Below are positions 9,462-17,796 of a stretch of 64,000 nt of DNA, one piece after another. Under the pieces are notes generated by a model that had not been told where the DNA came from, searched no databases, and saw nothing but the letters and a program-made list of their open reading frames with translations. Origin of the DNA: Diplonema japonicum (Eukaryota; Protista; Euglenozoa: Diplonemea); NCBI GenBank assembly GCA_964019335.1, contig OZ025672.1, positions 310,001 to 374,000 on the forward strand, given 5' to 3'. The position numbers were made by a program, and so were the translations under genes. The stretch's first letter is position 1. Each line of letters begins with the position of its first letter.

Positions 9462-12400
9462 TCAGATTCTAAAGTAAAGCTGGTTGAGAACGGGCTCGTT
9501 GGACCGGCCTTGCTGCACAGTCTCCAACAAGTTAACTTCGGGACCAGTGTCTATCTTACACACCTCCTCTGTCTCGGCTTCAACTTCAACCTCACATCTA
9601 CTGCACGATGTTGAGCCACAACACCGCAAAGGACGCCCAAAGAGCGAACCATGCGCAGCATATGATGAGTGAAGGTCGCTCAATACCAACCAGAGGTCGA
9701 GGACAAACTTGACAGTCACAAAATACATGAGAGACATCGCCATCTGTGCGGCAAGATTTAAGAGGTATTTTCTCTGTTTTGCCATTCCCCAGAAACCCAC
9801 GACCGAGAAGGCGAACTCCAGCATCGCGGTGGTGATTTCCATGAAGTTGTCCACGTGCCGCAGGTATGGGGTGTCCTTGAGCAGGATGGCACACCACCAC
9901 CCCGGCATCCCTACCAGCAGCCCAGCACGCCCTGCGCAGAGGATCGGGTCCGTCGGGTTCCACGCCGCGAGCACTGCAAGAAACGTCATCAGCACCAACT
10001 GCACTACATAATACACACAGTGCAGACGGTGAAACCCGTCAAAGACTGCAGCCAACCATTTAGTATCTCCGTTGTCCTCATCCCTTGCAGGTACCCATTT
10101 CATCTTCGCCTTCACGAACTGCCACATCCCTGTCGGCGCAGGGTCGACTACATCCAGTCTCGTTGTCTCAGATGCCTGTCTCGCTAGCCTGCTTATTTGC
10201 CACAGTACACCCATAGCACACAGCACCACGCATCCGCCTAGTACCGCCTCACCCGCCCCACCGTAGAACAATTGTGAGAAGGCACCTTCCAGAATCGGGC
10301 ACCAGAAGAATTCCAGTATTAAAAAAAACCCGCCAACAGGTGTCCTTCCCAACGACACGGCCAGCGTCTCACCAGGTGCTCTCATAGCATAAGCTGCCGC
10401 CAGCAACACCAACCCGGTGATGAGAGTGATGAGTATGTTGCCCACCATGGCCCCTCTTTTCTCTTTGTATATGTCAGACCCGATCATCAGGCGGGTTGGG
10501 TTTAGCACGAAGCCGACGTCCAACGAGCTTGACGGGCAGTCCAAGAGCGTCAGGTACATGGTGCTCCTAGCGACCTTAGCGCCGCCCCTTGCTATTCCCG
10601 AAGTGCCGACTGCCACACTAGCCGTGTTGACCATCACCCCCGTGGTCGTGCCAACTGCTACAGTAACTGTTTGTGAAGTTGTTTTCTGCTGTTCTGGCAC
10701 ATGTTCTCCACTCGGAGCCAGTGTTGGTGGAGAGTCAGTTCCTTTAAAGATATCACCAATAGGCTCAGATGTGGTGGGCACATTTGTTGGCCCAGCAGTG
10801 GGTACAGCAGTTGGTACAGCAGTTGGCACAGCAGTGGGTAGAGTTGTCGGCACCACTGTCGGGGTTGCAGTGGGTGCAGATGTAGGTGCTGCCGTGGGAG
10901 CCGCCGTCGGTAACGAAGTTGGTTCAGTTGTTGGTATGGCTGTAGGCACCGCTGTTGGAGCGGCTGTGGGCACTGCAGTGGGGACAACAGTGGGAGCAGT
11001 AGGGGTTGCGGTAGGCACAGCAGTGGGAATTGCAGTTGGCACAGCAGTTGGCGCAACAGTAGGAACAACAGTGGGGATTGCAGTTGGCACAGCAGTAGGC
11101 ACAGCAGTTGGTGCAACAGTTGGCACAGCAGTGGGAACAGCAGTAGGTACAGCAGTTGGTGCAACAGTAGGAACAATAGTGGGGATTGCAGTAGGCACAG
11201 CAGTGGGAACAGCAGTAGGTACAGCAGTTGGTGCAACAGTAGGCACAATAGTGGGGATTGCAGTAGGCACAGCAGTGGGAACAGCTGTTGGTGCTGCAGT
11301 GATGGGGGAAGGGGTATTATCGCAAGCGATAGGAGGAGGCACCGTAGCGGCGGGTAGCATAGGGTCCGTTGGGGGTGCAGGGTCTGGGGACGTGTCGCAC
11401 ACCCACGAAAAGCTGATGCCAGCCCCGCTTACACCTGAATCGGACGCGAATTCCATCACTAGGTCACCACGCACAGGAGGCTGGTATGTAGGCACGGCCC
11501 CGCACAACCTCTCCGAGATGACCAAATCATGCTGCACAAAGACAATATAGTCAGAACACCATTTCTCAGAACCGGAGGCGGCCTCCACGTCCATCGTAAT
11601 CCATGTGAGAGATAATTGCGCAGCGCACTGGATACGCCAGCAGACTGAAGTGGAGTCGGGGTAGTTGCTGTACGTAAAGGTGCCAGTGGCAGCAGTGTGA
11701 TCCGACGTAAAGGTGGTGCATGTAGGGGAGACAAGAGTGCCTGCTGCGTGTGAACTGGGGCTGTTCCACGCTCCACAAGACCAGGAGACTTGCATACCAG
11801 TGTCATGCTCACAGATATCAGAACCGAAATGTAGAATGAGCTCCCCAGGAGGGAACTCAGGAGGCGTGGTAGGTGGTCTGCATATCCTGTGCTCTACCCC
11901 TGCAGTGTCGAGGATGGTAACTAAGTCAAAGTTGCAGCCGATACCCGTGTCCTCGAAAGCAACGCTGTCCCATGTCAGCGATAGCTGCCCGTTACAAAGG
12001 ATCCTCCAACAAACGCTCTCACCACCTACGTACTTCCCCGATATGGGGTACGTGAGAGTGCCTGTGGCAGCTGTGAAGGTGTCTTCGAAGAATGACCGGC
12101 ATAATGGGAAATGTGTAATGGCGTAACCGGAGTCGGGTTGTGTGGTGCAGGTTGAGTACCGCACTTCGAAGCCCTTAAAAACCAGTTCTGCGTCGCTGTG
12201 AAACACGAACACCACATCGCCGGCAGCGAAGGGCTGGAACGTAGCGGTGGTAATGGTGTGACCGCACAGGGGTGTCTCTGCACCGCTCTTATCATAGACA
12301 GTTACCCTATCATTCAGGCAAGGGCCCTTCTGATGGATCCATCCACAGTCTGCATTCAAGCATCCCAATGTGGCACACGACGAGTAGTCTTCCATGTCTA

Positions 12401-12608
12401 TCAGAATCCATTCCAGCAGAAGCCACTCCGTGGTCTGTACCCGCCAGCACAATGCATCTATGTTTGCTATATAATTACCTGACATGGGGTACTTAATCGT
12501 CCCTGTCGTTCCTGGTGCTGCCGTCGTGTCCAGCTCATATATTCCCTTGCACACAGCAGGGTCAAGCTGCCCGTACACCCATGCCCATACGAGCAGACTT
12601 CCTATCAT
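9462..12608 (-). CDS. Surface protein: signal peptide, 3 CUB domains, PT-rich stalk, multi-pass TM region (bodonin/DGF-1-like architecture)
   Basis: Three repeats of CWR[IV]x..DxE..C..D....LCG..FxSD....G (CUB); a (PTA[V/I/A])n stalk; C-terminal hydrophobic helices after LNPTRLMIG...RGAMVGN. Confidence 0.85.
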   Translation of the reverse strand: MIGSLLVWAWVYGQLDPAVCKGIYELDTTAAPGTTGTIKYPMSGNYIANIDALCWRVQTTEWLLLEWILIDMEDYSSCATLGCLNADCGWIHQKGPCLNDRVTVYDKSGAETPLCGHTITTATFQPFAAGDVVFVFHSDAELVFKGFEVRYSTCTTQPDSGYAITHFPLCRSFFEDTFTAATGTLTYPISGKYVGGESVCWRILCNGQLSLTWDSVAFEDTGIGCNFDLVTILDTAGVEHRICRPPTTPPEFPPGELILHFGSDICEHDTGMQVSWSCGAWNSPSSHAAGTLVSPTCTTFTSDHTAATGTFTYSNYPDSTSVCWRIQCAAQLSLTWITMDVEAASGSEKWCSDYIVFVQHDLVISERLCGAVPTYQPPVRGDLVMEFASDSGVSGAGISFSWVCDTSPDPAPPTDPMLPAATVPPPIACDNTPSPITAAPTAVPTAVPTAIPTIVPTVAPTAVPTAVPTAVPTAIPTIVPTVAPTAVPTAVPTAVPTVAPTAVPTAVPTAIPTVVPTVAPTAVPTAIPTAVPTATPTAPTVVPTAVPTAAPTAVPTAIPTTEPTSLPTAAPTAAPTSAPTATPTVVPTTLPTAVPTAVPTAVPTAGPTNVPTTSEPIGDIFKGTDSPPTLAPSGEHVPEQQKTTSQTVTVAVGTTTGVMVNTASVAVGTSGIARGGAKVARSTMYLTLLDCPSSSLDVGFVLNPTRLMIGSDIYKEKRGAMVGNILITLITGLVLLAAAYAMRAPGETLAVSLGRTPVGGFFLILEFFWCPILEGAFSQLFYGGAGEAVLGGCVVLCAMGVLWQISRLARQASETTRLDVVDPAPTGMWQFVKAKMKWVPARDEDNGDTKWLAAVFDGFHRLHCVYYVVQLVLMTFLAVLAAWNPTDPILCAGRAGLLVGMPGWWCAILLKDTPYLRHVDNFMEITTAMLEFAFSVVGFWGMAKQRKYLLNLAAQMAMSLMYFVTVKFVLDLWLVLSDLHSSYAAHGSLFGRPLRCCGSTSCSRCEVEVEAETEEVCKIDTGPEVNLLETVQQGRSNEPVLNQLYFRI
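10780..11300 (-). repeat. Coding tandem repeat, 12-bp unit encoding PT(A/V/I)(V/A/I)
   Basis: About 40 imperfect units such as GTGCCAACTGCT; they also produce the spurious antisense VGTA ORF. Confidence 0.95.
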
Positions 12609-12708
12609 CTGCTGTAGGTGATTCGCTTAAAGCAACTCAAAGTTAAAAAAAGTAATTCTTACTAAGGCCGCTGCACAATGTGCCGCAATGACAATTCTTG
12701 CCAGATAG

Positions 12709-13539
12709 GGTTAAGAAAGATAGGAAGAGAGGCCGCCGTATGCAGAGAGAGAATTCGTCTTCTCTGACGACGTGTGCGTAGGTTGGTTTGTTTCTTTTCA
12801 TGGTTGCACATGTTTTTCTTGTTTCTTTGTTCATTTCGTATCAAGTTAGAATTGCCGATTAAAATAATTTACTTCAAAAGCTTCTTCTGGAACTTCCCGA
12901 GGGCAAGGGCGCTGTCGGAAATGAAGGAGCTGATGAGCTTCTCAGGGATGTTCCCCTTGGGGTCCATCCCACCGATGGACCAGATGGCGATCTTGTCCCC
13001 GTCCAGCTTCTGCAGGATGAAGCCCTCAATGAAGATATCTGCAAGAACATTATCCTTCTTCACCTGCTTCGCCCCAGGGACTGAACGCATTGCGTAGACG
13101 AAGGTCTTGTCGTCTGCGAAGGCAAATGACCTGTGCACTGTGGCCTCCCTGTCCGACAGGGGCCAAGGGAGACCGTCCACCCTGTACACCACAGCACAGT
13201 CCTCACCCTCCTTCTCCAGCACCTTCATCGTCATGTCACCCCCCATCATCTTCATCATCTTGGCATCGGTCGTGACCGACTTCACCATCTCCACCGCCTT
13301 GTCCCAGTCACCCTTCATCGTCCCCATCACCCTGTACACCCCCCACTCGGATCCAGGCCACTCACGGCGTTCAACAACTACCTTCGGCTCCACCAGCTCG
13401 CTCACCTTCACTGAGCACACCTTCTTGTAAGCCCCGCCTGTCGTCTCCTTCAGGAGGGCTGACCTGATCTCTTCGTGGTGCGACATTTTTACTTTTTGAG
13501 AAGTTGGGAGAGTGAGGGTATAGTAACCTGTACTGGGTT
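12709..13539. repeat. 831-bp direct repeat, copy B
   Basis: Matches 3483..4313; GGGTTAA occurs at both boundaries (12708-12714 and 13535-13541). Confidence 0.9.
12869..13486 (-). CDS. START-domain protein, copy 5 (identical to copy 1)
   Basis: Protein identical to that of 3643..4260. Confidence 0.85.
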   Translation of the reverse strand: MSHHEEIRSALLKETTGGAYKKVCSVKVSELVEPKVVVERREWPGSEWGVYRVMGTMKGDWDKAVEMVKSVTTDAKMMKMMGGDMTMKVLEKEGEDCAVVYRVDGLPWPLSDREATVHRSFAFADDKTFVYAMRSVPGAKQVKKDNVLADIFIEGFILQKLDGDKIAIWSIGGMDPKGNIPEKLISSFISDSALALGKFQKKLLK

Positions 13540-13610
13540 AAAAGTAGAAACCAACACGAACAAAGGAGAAAAAAATGGAGGGCGGAGCGGCAAGTGGAAA
13601 CTTACGCGAC

Positions 13611-14288
13611 TTATGTATCATGCACACCTAAGGAGGATGGGGGTGAAGACACGTTGCATGTGCCAAGAGCTTCGATGAGCGATAACTCTTCCCGCAGTGC
13701 GGAAGGGTTGAAGCTGAGGAAGGGCCAGCGTTGGAAGGAGGAACTGAGCTCGCGAGACGCGGGAGGTACGGGAGTGATCCTGCGGGTGAGGGGTGGGGGG
13801 GTAGGGGGTGGGGGGACACGGGGCGGCTTGCACAGGTGGTATGAAGACGGCTGGAATCCCTTTTCCAGCTCTTCTACTATGTTCTGCCGAAGCTCGGAAG
13901 CAAGAGGGGAGTGCATGTCAGCCTCTCGAGGGGCCGTACGAGCATGTTTCTTTGTGTTAGGCTGCGCCTTAGTAAATGCAGAGAATAGCTTCACGTTTGG
14001 ATAAGTCAGCATACATGGAAAGGCTGGTGTGAAGCCGACATCCCTCATCCCCACCTCCTTTCTACATATATTCGCAAGACTCTTCTTCCTCACGTGAGCC
14101 TTTTCCAACACTGGTGGGTGTGAAATTGCGTTCCCACCTCCCAGTGACCTCCTCCCTTTATTGAACTCCACGATGACCGACCTTTGCGGGCTAGCAAGAC
14201 ACCCTCCTCCTGTCCCCGTCATCTTCGTGAAGCCCTTTTTCCTCCACGGGACAAGGCCATAGCTGTCTCGCTTGCCGATTGACTGCAT
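13611..14288 (-). CDS. Hypothetical Pro/Ser-rich protein; probable in-frame intron 13989..14054
   Basis: ORF on the coding strand with ATG at 14288; contains an internal 66-nt GTGGGG...TGCTGAC...AAG segment with a branch-point-like motif. Confidence 0.55.
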   Translation of the reverse strand: MQSIGKRDSYGLVPWRKKGFTKMTGTGGGCLASPQRSVIVEFNKGRRSLGGGNAISHPPVLEKAHVRKKSLANICRKEVGMRDVGFTPAFPCMLTYPNVKLFSAFTKAQPNTKKHARTAPREADMHSPLASELRQNIVEELEKGFQPSSYHLCKPPRVPPPPTPPPLTRRITPVPPASRELSSSFQRWPFLSFNPSALREELSLIEALGTCNVSSPPSSLGVHDT

Positions 14289-14506
14289 GTTGTCTCTGCC
14301 ACGTTTTCTCCTTTAACGCATTTGTTGGCTTCCTTTCGTTGTGCTTTTTTTTCTCTTTTTTTTTCTTCGTCTTCGAAAACAAAAGGGAAGAAAATACAAA
14401 AGAAAATGACATAAACAAAAAACAACAGAACGTCTTTACAGAAGGGGGGGGGGGGGTGAGAAACAAAAAAGTTTAACGCTTCGCTACTTTTTTCTTTTCA
14501 TAGTAT

Positions 14507-15997
14507 TCAGACTCCCAGCCGCCGCATGTCTTGCTTAAAGCGGATGTCGTTGATGATAGCTTCGATAGAAGGCGGTGCAAGGAGATCGTCGTCCGAAAAG
14601 AGAGGTGAGACATTACGGTATGGGGTGGCGAGGGTTGAAGTGCGCGGTATCGGGAGGAAGTCATCATCGTCATCGCCGGTGGGCGGGGGAGAGGGAGAGC
14701 GTGGGGTTTGGATGGAATGCTTCGATGCTAATCGTGAGGCAAGCTTTTTGGACCGCTCGTTGATAACAGGCTTGTGAACCAGCTCTTTGTCGCGCTCTTC
14801 CTGTGCTTCCTTGCGTTTTTTTTCAACGTTCGTTGCCTTGGCAAAGTTGAATAGTTGGCCCTTGTCGTACATTCTCGCCTCCGGTGCTGACATTTTACTT
14901 TCCATTCCCTCACCTGCCATCAACCCTGCTGCCCTTGCTTCTGCGCTTGACGCTAGTATCTTAGTCTTTTCCGTGATCTGTGGAGCGAAGGTCGACCCCT
15001 CATCTTGAACCATCTCGTTGCGCTTCCTAGCGATGTTCTGTTCCCGCCTGGTCTTGAACGCGTTGCCCCTTTCGAACATAAACTTCCCAATGCTCTCCGG
15101 AGTTTTGTTCGCCTCGCGCAACCCCTGAGCCATCTCTGATATCTGCGGCCTCCCCAACAAACCCTCGTCCTCCATCAGCTCCTTCTTCTTTCTCTTCAAC
15201 GCCATGTCCCTCTTCTTCCTGAAGTTCAGTCCTGTCGAGTAGTAGTACTCCCCTAGTGCTTTATCGTCACGCTTCACGTTTTGCCGCAATTCCTTCGCGT
15301 ATGGCGTGATCTCCGGTTTCCCGCTCACAGGGTTGTCGGCCTCCATTTCCTTCCCTTTGCGTTTGATGTCTGTTTCCTTCTTTTTCTGGAACTCTTTCCC
15401 TTTGGTATACAGCCCTTTCAAGAACTCGTCTTGAGACTGCTTCTCCTCGTCCTTTGACTTCTCGCGCTTTGATGGTGCCGGTGGCTCCGGGATCTCGTCT
15501 ACGACAACCGGTTGCCAGGCTGGCTTGGGCTTGGGCTTGCGTTTCTTCGGTGATTCGTTCTCTTCTTTCTCGGTGTTCTCTGGTTCTTCCTTCTGCTTTC
15601 CTTTTTTCCCCTGTTTCACAGGAGAAGGAGGTTTTGCTGGTGATGGCGGCTCGGAGATCACGATCCCTTCAGGGGAGGGAACTCTCACTGGCTTGCTTGG
15701 GCTTGCCAATTCCTGCCTTCGCATTTCTTCTGCGGCAAACCGCTCCTTGGCTCGCCTCGCACGCAGCGCATCCTGCAGGCTCCGCAGCTCCTCTTCTGCG
15801 TTGATTTCCCTCCGCCTCTCCGCCTCCCTTTCCCGTCCCATCGCAGCCATTCCAGTGCTGTTCATGCTGAACGACTGCAGCGTCTGCTCCCTCGACGACC
15901 ACACCTTGTCAAACTCTGCCTGCATCAGCTCATCGCGTACAAGCGGCATTCCAACCTGGGTTTGCTTAAATAAAACATGAATTCGCTCAATGAACAT
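14507..15997 (-). CDS. Hypothetical charged protein with 4 internal repeats ending in xPxI (cytoskeletal/ciliary-like); the start may be ATG 15949
   Basis: 496-aa ORF; repeats LYTKG..KPEI, YYSTG..RPQI, MFERG..APQI, MYDKG..KPVI. Confidence 0.75.
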   Translation of the reverse strand: MFIERIHVLFKQTQVGMPLVRDELMQAEFDKVWSSREQTLQSFSMNSTGMAAMGREREAERRREINAEEELRSLQDALRARRAKERFAAEEMRRQELASPSKPVRVPSPEGIVISEPPSPAKPPSPVKQGKKGKQKEEPENTEKEENESPKKRKPKPKPAWQPVVVDEIPEPPAPSKREKSKDEEKQSQDEFLKGLYTKGKEFQKKKETDIKRKGKEMEADNPVSGKPEITPYAKELRQNVKRDDKALGEYYYSTGLNFRKKRDMALKRKKKELMEDEGLLGRPQISEMAQGLREANKTPESIGKFMFERGNAFKTRREQNIARKRNEMVQDEGSTFAPQITEKTKILASSAEARAAGLMAGEGMESKMSAPEARMYDKGQLFNFAKATNVEKKRKEAQEERDKELVHKPVINERSKKLASRLASKHSIQTPRSPSPPPTGDDDDDFLPIPRTSTLATPYRNVSPLFSDDDLLAPPSIEAIINDIRFKQDMRRLGV

Positions 15998-16023
15998 AAT
16001 CTAAGTACAGGGTAAGATTGATC

Positions 16024-17664
16024 TCACTGTTGAAGTAAGCTCCGCAGCGAGGTGTTCGGTGTGCTCGACAGCCCGAGGCTGCTTCGCCGCCGTTTGTCGG
16101 AAGCTTGCAGCACATCGAGGACCTTGGCCAAGGGACGTGTTGCGTTGGCAAGGTCGGCATACCCTTGGAAGACAGGGTCTAGCGAGGGCGTGGGCGGAGG
16201 TGCTACTGGGGCAGTAGCGTGGGCTATTGGGGTGGAGTTCTGATTGGCAGGAGGTGCCGAAGATGAAGGCGAACGTGCCTCTGTGTCAGTTGTGCAAGCA
16301 GTGTTTGTGGATTGTAGACAGCGCACAGTCCTCTCGATGAACGCACACCTGTCGGAAAGGTGTGCTATGGCAGGATTCTCCTTTGGCGCCCCAAGCTTGG
16401 TGGACACACTCGCAAGGCGCTTGTCGAAGTCGTCCAGCCGCTCAGACAACTTGATGACTGCCTTCCGCCTCTTTGGCGATTCCTCGTCGACACGGACAAT
16501 TAAAGACGACAGCTCACCCTTCGTGGTGCCTTCGATGCGCTGGTACGCACTGTTGATCGTCTCCATCCTATGTACCAGGCTTGCTTCGGTAGTTGCTACG
16601 AACTTCTTGATCGAAGCAAGGCCGTCAGAAAGCTGCTCTGTCAGCTTAGTCTCATTGTGTTCCCCACGCGAGGCAAGTGATGTGATCGCCTGTTGGATGC
16701 CTGCCAGCTCAGCTTGGTTGTTTGTGACTTGCGGCTGGTACGCAAGGTCCAGGACTTCTGCCTGCAGCTCGTCCACGCGTGCTGTGACGCTGGAGATGGC
16801 GGACCGTCTACGAGGCGACTGCTCCTCGAGTTGTGCTTTCAGAAGCTCGACACCAGCGACCTTTTTGTATACGTCATTCATCTTGCGTGAGTTTTCCAGA
16901 ACCTCTTCAGCAGTCTGTTTTGCAAGGCTCTCTACGTTCTGCAAGCTTTCCACTGTGCTCTGGAGAGCTCGCCGGCCGATGTTCTCTTCTTCTTCCATCA
17001 TTTCCATGGATTTCACCAAGCGGTCCTGGTCGAGGGCGATTGCGTTCATGCTGTCGTTGGTGTGCTTCACTGCACCTTCCAAGGTTCGTACCTGTGCAGT
17101 GAAGTCGTGCTTGTTGCTGTGCTCTTCATATTGGGCAAGGCTGTCGGCCAGCCTAGCGTGGTTGGAGGTGATTTCTTTTATCTTTTTCTCAAGGCGGGTG
17201 ACGGTTCGCTCTTCAACGTTCTTTTGAAGAATGATGCTTTGCTCGATATCTTCTATTCGCTGCAGTGCATTTGTGCATCGTGAAGACAGGGATGTCAGCG
17301 TCTTGTCGCCATGCTCTGTGTTCTTGAGAAGCCGCTCTGTGTCGGTCTTTTGTGTTGTGAGGAGACGCTCCACCAGTCCATTCAGTCGCTGGAAGTTCTC
17401 ACCCAGACCACTCACTTTGCTCTCCATCCCCTCTACCGCTCGCTGTAATTTTCCCTCTTGCTTTTTATTCATCAACACAATGCTCTCAAGATCCTCCACT
17501 CTCGTCCTGAGCTCCTCTTTCTCGACGTTCGCTTTTTTCTCCTGCTTCTGCATCTCTCTTATCATATCTTTATGCGATCCCACCACTTCCTCGATTGTCA
17601 AACACAACAAATCGTTCCGCTTGCACATCAGCTCCACGCTCTGCAGCCTTTCTTCCACAGCCAT
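16024..17664 (-). CDS. Hypothetical coiled-coil protein
   Basis: 546-aa ORF, heptad-rich, with a twice-repeated E[EQ]SP[RK]RRxA motif. Confidence 0.75.
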   Translation of the reverse strand: MAVEERLQSVELMCKRNDLLCLTIEEVVGSHKDMIREMQKQEKKANVEKEELRTRVEDLESIVLMNKKQEGKLQRAVEGMESKVSGLGENFQRLNGLVERLLTTQKTDTERLLKNTEHGDKTLTSLSSRCTNALQRIEDIEQSIILQKNVEERTVTRLEKKIKEITSNHARLADSLAQYEEHSNKHDFTAQVRTLEGAVKHTNDSMNAIALDQDRLVKSMEMMEEEENIGRRALQSTVESLQNVESLAKQTAEEVLENSRKMNDVYKKVAGVELLKAQLEEQSPRRRSAISSVTARVDELQAEVLDLAYQPQVTNNQAELAGIQQAITSLASRGEHNETKLTEQLSDGLASIKKFVATTEASLVHRMETINSAYQRIEGTTKGELSSLIVRVDEESPKRRKAVIKLSERLDDFDKRLASVSTKLGAPKENPAIAHLSDRCAFIERTVRCLQSTNTACTTDTEARSPSSSAPPANQNSTPIAHATAPVAPPPTPSLDPVFQGYADLANATRPLAKVLDVLQASDKRRRSSLGLSSTPNTSLRSLLQQ

Positions 17665-17796
17665 CTTTGGTGTGCCCTACATGGAGGTGATGCGCGGGTA
17701 ACAACTTAACAATGAAAAGTACAACTTACGAATAACAAAAAAAAGGAACCTACACAAAACAAATATTTTTTTGTATCCCCCCCCCCGCTTCGCACA

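Noticed and set aside
10417-11550. Plus-strand VGTA-repeat ORF, and similarly the Gly-rich ORF 19978..21228
   Set aside because: Reverse complements of the PT and Pro/Gly coding repeats.
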